Shown here in pieces: positions 37,452-41,273 of a stretch of DNA of 41,273 nucleotides. A program made the translations under genes and the position numbers. How positions within the stretch are numbered: the first letter of the stretch is position 1; each line of letters begins with the position of its first letter. This DNA is from Phycisphaerae bacterium (GTDB lineage Bacteria; Planctomycetota; Phycisphaerae; SM23-33), in assembly GCA_016931655.1 (NCBI GenBank), contig JAFGEJ010000173.1, positions 1 to 41,273 of the forward strand, given 5' to 3'. A model generated the notes under the pieces. That model had not been told where the DNA came from. It was given only the letters and a program-made list of their open reading frames with translations, and did no database searches.

Positions 37452-37493
37452 CTTGTACATCTGTACAAGGTATTATTCGTACATTTGTACGAA
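37452..37493. promoter_or_regulatory. two tandem TACA-N2-TGTA palindromes (BlaI/MecI/CopY-type operators)
   Basis: CTTGTACA-TC-TGTACAAG (37452-37469) and TTCGTACA-TT-TGTACGAA (37476-37493). Both have perfect 8-bp arms, and their centres are 24 bp apart. Confidence 0.65.
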
Positions 37494-37548
37494 AATACAT
37501 GAGTGTTTTTTATCCCTTAATTCCCCGGAAAGAATGAGCCAGGCCGGC

Positions 37549-38559
37549 TCAATATCCCCCGCCGTTTTCCTCTTCGCAGGGTTGGACGCTCCAGGCCGAC
37601 GGGTCGCGGAAATAGTCCCGCAGGCCCATCGCGGCGATCACACCGTCGCCGGTGGCGGTGGCCAATTGCATCGCGGCGTGCTGCCGGCAGTCGCCGGCGA
37701 CCCACACGCCCGGCGTGCAGGTTTTCATCGTAACCGGATCGGCGGGAATGTATCCGTGTTCGTCCAGCGGCAGCAACTCCGCCAGCCATTTCGTGTTGGG
37801 AACCATGCCCGCGAAGATAAACACGCCGTCCACCTTGAGTTCCTCCACGGCCTGGGTTTCGACGTTTTTGATCTTCACGTGGTCGATTTCCTGCCCGTCG
37901 GCGGACGGAACGATTTCCACGGGCACGTAGGGCAGTTTCACGTCGATGTTGTGTTCCTTGGCGGCGGCGTGGAGTTCCTCCACGAGCACCTTCTGGGCGC
38001 GGAATTCGCGCCGCCGATGGATCATCGTGGTCTTTTGGCAGAATCGCGTCGCCAGGTAGACGGTGTCCTCCACGGCGGTATTGCCCCCGCCGATGGTCAG
38101 GACGTGCTTGTCCTTGTAAAACGCTCCGTCGCAGGTGGCGCAATAGCTGACGCGCGTCGCCTGGCGCATTTGCGCCTCGCCGGGCAGGTTCAGCTGGCGA
38201 TAGTCGCTGCCGGGCGCGAGGATGACGGCCTGGGTGGTGAAGGTCTTTTCGCCGTGGTTGGTTTCGATGACAAATTTCCCGTCGTCCCGCGTGATTTTCG
38301 TGACGGCCTGGTTTGTGACAATCTGGGCACCGAAATTCGTCACCTGCGCCTTCATGTGTTCCACGAACTCGAACCCGCCAACCTTTTCAAAGCCGGGATA
38401 ATTCTCGATGTGTTCGGTGAGCATGATCTGCCCGCCGGGCAGGCCGTTCTTTTCCAGCAGCAGCGTGGAATAGCGGTCGCGTGCGGTGTACAACGCGGCG
38501 GCCAAGCCGGCCGGGCCGGCGCCGATGATGATCACGTCGTAGTGGGTCTGTGAAGACAT
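37549..38559 (-). CDS. trxB: thioredoxin-disulfide reductase
   Basis: IIGAGPAGLAAALY, GGQI...IENYPGF, redox motif SYCATCDG, GGGNTA, HRRREFRA and VAGD. A GAGGT RBS precedes ATG 38559. Confidence 0.9.
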   Translation of the reverse strand: MSSQTHYDVIIIGAGPAGLAAALYTARDRYSTLLLEKNGLPGGQIMLTEHIENYPGFEKVGGFEFVEHMKAQVTNFGAQIVTNQAVTKITRDDGKFVIETNHGEKTFTTQAVILAPGSDYRQLNLPGEAQMRQATRVSYCATCDGAFYKDKHVLTIGGGNTAVEDTVYLATRFCQKTTMIHRRREFRAQKVLVEELHAAAKEHNIDVKLPYVPVEIVPSADGQEIDHVKIKNVETQAVEELKVDGVFIFAGMVPNTKWLAELLPLDEHGYIPADPVTMKTCTPGVWVAGDCRQHAAMQLATATGDGVIAAMGLRDYFRDPSAWSVQPCEEENGGGY

Positions 38560-38598
38560 GCAAACATACCTCATTGTACTATAATGAAAAGATTTTTT

Positions 38599-38702
38599 GC
38601 CACCCCTTAGGGGCAGGCTCCGGGCACAAAGGTCTCAAAGGGAAAAATAACATATCCGTTGTGATTTTCTTCTTCCTTTGTGACCTTTGTGTCCTCTGTG
38701 GC
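38599..38702. repeat. degenerate family A-like element (CACAAAG units)
   Basis: GGCACAAAGGTCTCAAAGGGAA ... TTCCTTTGTGACCTTTGTGTCCTCTGTGGC. The left arm is interrupted by CCCTTAGGGGCAGGCTCC. Confidence 0.65.
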
Positions 38703-38746
38703 TGATTTTCTTTTTTATGTTTCTCAATGATTTTAACAGAGCAATC

Positions 38747-40171
38747 TCATTTCCGTGCAGCCGGCCGATGGGAAGCGTCACGCGGGGGCGGCTGGGTCTG
38801 ATTCATTTGCGTAATAATCGACCGGGCGTTGGGATAGACGCTCAGGACCTCTTCTTCCGACGCCGAGCTACTCACCCACCCGTCCGGGGAACGGCTTTGC
38901 AGAACCCTCCCCGCCGCGTCCACCCAGAACGTCACAGGCTCCGCGTCGGCGGTCGGCTGATCGGTGATTTTAACGGCGGGGACGAGTTTTCCCTTTTGCT
39001 CCACGCGGTCCGGGCCGACCACGGCGACCGTGCGCATCTGGAAATCGTTCACCCGCCGGTCGTACTCGGCGAAGGTGTAGGCGGCGGGTTTCGTCCGGTC
39101 CAGCAGCGACGGCAGGAGCGCCCCGACGAGTCGCGGCAGGTACATGCCGATCACCGCTTCGGGCATGGTTTTGGTTTCGTTGACCTGCCGCCGGCCGTCG
39201 TGGAACGTCGTGAGAATCACCCGCCCCTGGCGCAGGCCGTCTTCCGCGAGCAACGCGGCCTGCTCGCCCGAACCGAGCTGGACGCGGCCGTTCCATATGT
39301 CCATGGACATTTTCGGATCGGTGAATTCCTGCTGGCGGAGCAGGCGCGGCGGCTGCGAGGGCGGCTGATACATCGCCCAGGAGCAGATTTCATATCCGGC
39401 GACCTTGTCGCGCCGCGCGGAGCGCCCCTGGCGGCACAGCCAGCCGATGAGCTTGCCGTCCTGACGGACAAGGAACCAGCGGGGTTTTCTCGGTAGAATT
39501 TTTTGGACGGCTTCGGGACGCAGGGCCTTGAGGAACACCCCGCCCCGCCGGATATGTTCCCGCTGCTCCCGGAGAAATTCCTCGGCGTCGAAAAGTTCGA
39601 CCGACGAGATCAGACCCTTCCACGTTGTCTCCAGCCGGTCGGGGGAATCCTCGGTGCGGACAAAGTCCAGCACGAGAAACTCGCCCGGCCCGCGGAGAAA
39701 CCACGCCTGACGAAAATGCGTGGGCGGCAGTTTCGATTCCATGCCCGTCGCGTCGGTGCGCACCTGCCCGGCGACGCGGCCGGCGAGGTACATGGCGGGA
39801 CATCCCGCGACGTCCCCAAAATCCATCGCGTCGATCGTCGCGCCGGGCCGGAGAGACAGGCGCTCTTTCACCGCCTGGGCGTAGTCGCGGATATTGGCCT
39901 CGTGATTGCGAAACGTCGTGCGGTACACGCGGAGCGTCCAGAGCGTTTGTGCGGTCTTGGGGTCCTGGCGCGTCCACTCGGCCAGTACGCCCGGGATTCG
40001 CTGTTCCGTTTTCTGCGCCCCAGCCGGCGGACGCAGGGCAAAGCCCTCCAGCCGAGCGCGATACATCCCCTGCTCGCCCCCCGCCGGCTCGGCGGACTGC
40101 CCTCCCGCCGTCGCGGCAACGACGAAAACCCACACCATGGCCCGCGTTCCTGTTCCGATTGCTTTGCTCAT
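38747..40171 (-). CDS. secreted hypothetical protein
   Basis: About 474 aa from ATG 40171, with signal-peptide-like AMVWVFVVAATAGG, a beta-rich body and C-terminal TFWVDAAGRVL. I recognise no family. Confidence 0.65.
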   Translation of the reverse strand: MSKAIGTGTRAMVWVFVVAATAGGQSAEPAGGEQGMYRARLEGFALRPPAGAQKTEQRIPGVLAEWTRQDPKTAQTLWTLRVYRTTFRNHEANIRDYAQAVKERLSLRPGATIDAMDFGDVAGCPAMYLAGRVAGQVRTDATGMESKLPPTHFRQAWFLRGPGEFLVLDFVRTEDSPDRLETTWKGLISSVELFDAEEFLREQREHIRRGGVFLKALRPEAVQKILPRKPRWFLVRQDGKLIGWLCRQGRSARRDKVAGYEICSWAMYQPPSQPPRLLRQQEFTDPKMSMDIWNGRVQLGSGEQAALLAEDGLRQGRVILTTFHDGRRQVNETKTMPEAVIGMYLPRLVGALLPSLLDRTKPAAYTFAEYDRRVNDFQMRTVAVVGPDRVEQKGKLVPAVKITDQPTADAEPVTFWVDAAGRVLQSRSPDGWVSSSASEEEVLSVYPNARSIITQMNQTQPPPRDASHRPAARK

Positions 40172-40343
40172 CCGGCGATTCGCTCCATCGAGATGCTTCC
40201 GAAAACGCCCCGGTATTATACGCCCCAACCGTCGCCGACAAAAGTACGGAACTCCATCGGCGTTTGTGTTTCTTCGTTGCGGCATGGGCGGGGAAAAATA
40301 TCGAAATTCCGTTTGAGAGCGTATATGAAAAGTGGCATGCCCA

Positions 40344-40370
40344 GTGTCGCGGGCAGGATGCCCGCGACAC
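40344..40370. repeat. family C REP-like perfect hairpin
   Basis: GTGTCGCGGGCA-GGA-TGCCCGCGACAC. Confidence 0.8.
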
Positions 40371-40422
40371 GATCTTTCGTTATAGTATTAGTACTACAGC
40401 GCGAAGTCGTCATGGGTTAGCC

Positions 40423-40551
40423 GCTCCCATCGCCAATTGTTTCATCGAAAGCTGGATCGGCAGCATCAAAAGAGAGTGCCTGAACTACTTCTTCTGTTTC
40501 AGCCTGCGACAACTCGATTACATTACTCAAAATTACCAACCGCATCGGCCT
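40423..40551 (+). pseudogene. fragment of an IS-type integrase core domain (rve-like transposase remnant)
   Basis: APIANCFIESWIGSIKRECLNYFFCFSLRQLDYI resembles the P..N...E......KRECL catalytic-Glu segment of DDE integrases. There is no start and the rest of the gene is missing. Confidence 0.75.
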
Positions 40552-40677
40552 GATATGGCTCGCTGACAATATCAACTGAGTTGCCGTTCTACTGCCCAAT
40601 CTACCCTGTCGTTGTTTTTGCACTAAACCTATATTTGACATCCCACCACCCATGCTTATGGACTACCTTAAGACCGC

Positions 40678-40724
40678 TTGACGGCGTACCGGCAAAAGTC
40701 TATAAGTGTATTAGTGGAGACTAA
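40678..40724 (+). promoter_or_regulatory. sigma70 promoter and inverted repeat of the ArsR operon
   Basis: TTGACG (40678-40683), 17 nt, TATAAG (40701-40706). The inverted repeat TTAGT-GGAG-ACTAA (40711-40724) covers the predicted transcription start. Confidence 0.6.
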
Positions 40725-41085
40725 AATTACATCCGCCAAAGAAGTTGCTTCAATGCTGAAGGTGCTGTCGGTCGAGACGCGCGTGCGGATCATACAGCTC
40801 TTAAAAGGCCGGGCGCTGTGTGTAAACGCCCTTGCCTCTCGGTTGAATGTGACACAAGGAGCGGTGTCGCAGCATCTTCGGTTTATGCGGGACGCCGGCC
40901 TGGTTGTAGACGAGAAACGGGGCTACTTCGTCCATTATCGCTTGAATGAAGAAACGCTTGCTGTTTGGCGAGCAGATATTGACAAATTGCTGGACCCATT
41001 GCACGGAGCTTGTACAAACACGAAGGGGGCGTCCCGATGTGTCGCGATGAAAAATAAGAAGGCTGTCAAAGATCGGAGAACCTAA
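40714..41085 (+). CDS. ArsR/SmtB family transcriptional regulator
   Basis: LKVLSVETRVRIIQLL, LCVNALASRL.VTQGAVSQHLR and AGLV..EKRGYFVHY. The start is GTG 40714 or ATG 40753. Confidence 0.9.
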   Translation: METKITSAKEVASMLKVLSVETRVRIIQLLKGRALCVNALASRLNVTQGAVSQHLRFMRDAGLVVDEKRGYFVHYRLNEETLAVWRADIDKLLDPLHGACTNTKGASRCVAMKNKKAVKDRRT

Positions 41086-41099
41086 AAGCACACTCATGA
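41037..41099 (+). pseudogene. possible remnant of a small Cys-containing protein gene
   Basis: A G-rich RBS is followed by MCRDEK*EGCQRSENLKAHS*, with an internal TAA. Confidence 0.3.
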
Positions 41100-41119
41100 C
41101 AGGAAAGGACCAACAACAC

Positions 41120-41273
41120 ATGAAACTCGGCATGGTGATTACCCAAACGGACCCGGAGACGGTTTTCAACGCCCTTCGCCTAGCCTCTTACAGTTTGGCC
41201 CAGGGAGACCAGGTGCGGATATTCCTGTCCGGTAAGGGCGTGGAGATCGACCGGATCGAAGACCCGAAGTTCG
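41120..41273 (+). CDS. DsrE/DsrF-like family protein (truncated by the window end)
   Basis: AGGA RBS, then MKLGMVITQTDPETVFNALRLASYSLAQGDQVRIFLSGKGVE. Confidence 0.8.
   Translation, partial: MKLGMVITQTDPETVFNALRLASYSLAQGDQVRIFLSGKGVEIDRIEDPKF

Noticed and set aside
3182-40285. Extended N-termini in the ORF track (GH38 from 3182, ABC ATPase from 9040, ald from 17578, nadE from 18561, GspC-like from 28697, gspJ from 32731, gspI from 33267, hypothetical from 40285)
   Set aside because: Family motifs, RBSs and stop/start overlaps support the shorter starts given in the feature list.
114-40420. Many long antisense or alternate-frame ORFs (e.g. 114-1331, 3701-6499, 13924-16659, 24350-27658, 30117-32213)
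   Set aside because: They are shadow ORFs opposite well-supported genes in high-GC DNA and carry no recognisable motifs.

Overview
GC-rich bacterial chromosome segment, most likely Planctomycetota (Phycisphaerae-like). This is inferred from an LEPRxLL-motif surface protein, a PEP-CTERM protein, Ala(-1) prepilin leaders and a double zinc-ribbon membrane protein. Left to right it holds: a PHP-like metallohydrolase; araB divergent from a GH38 alpha-mannosidase; a tightly overlapping six-gene minus-strand operon (PEP-CTERM protein, prepilin-type protein, ZnuA-family binding lipoprotein, ABC ATPase, SAM methyltransferase, ZnuB-family permease) whose sigma70 -10 element lies inside a NikR-type palindrome; an orphan MalK-like ATPase and a sugar-phosphate isomerase; a 1166-aa LEPRxLL / 6xPPC / RTX-like / calpain protease; ald; nadE; a Zn-ribbon membrane protein; a DUF1638 protein; a type II secretion (T2SS) operon (E-F-G-H-I-J-K-L-M-C-D plus a coupled TolB-like lipoprotein) preceded by two TACA-N2-TGTA boxes, with one in-frame TAG in gspF and a REP cluster translated inside the gspK leader; trxB; a secreted hypothetical protein; an integrase scar; and the start of an ArsR/DsrE operon. 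Several families of palindromic repeats fill the intergenic spaces. The best candidate for an undescribed system is the putative NikR-controlled metal-capture operon built from a surface PEP-CTERM protein, a pilin-like protein, a metal ABC transporter and a methyltransferase. All family calls come from motifs recognised by eye; no searches were run.
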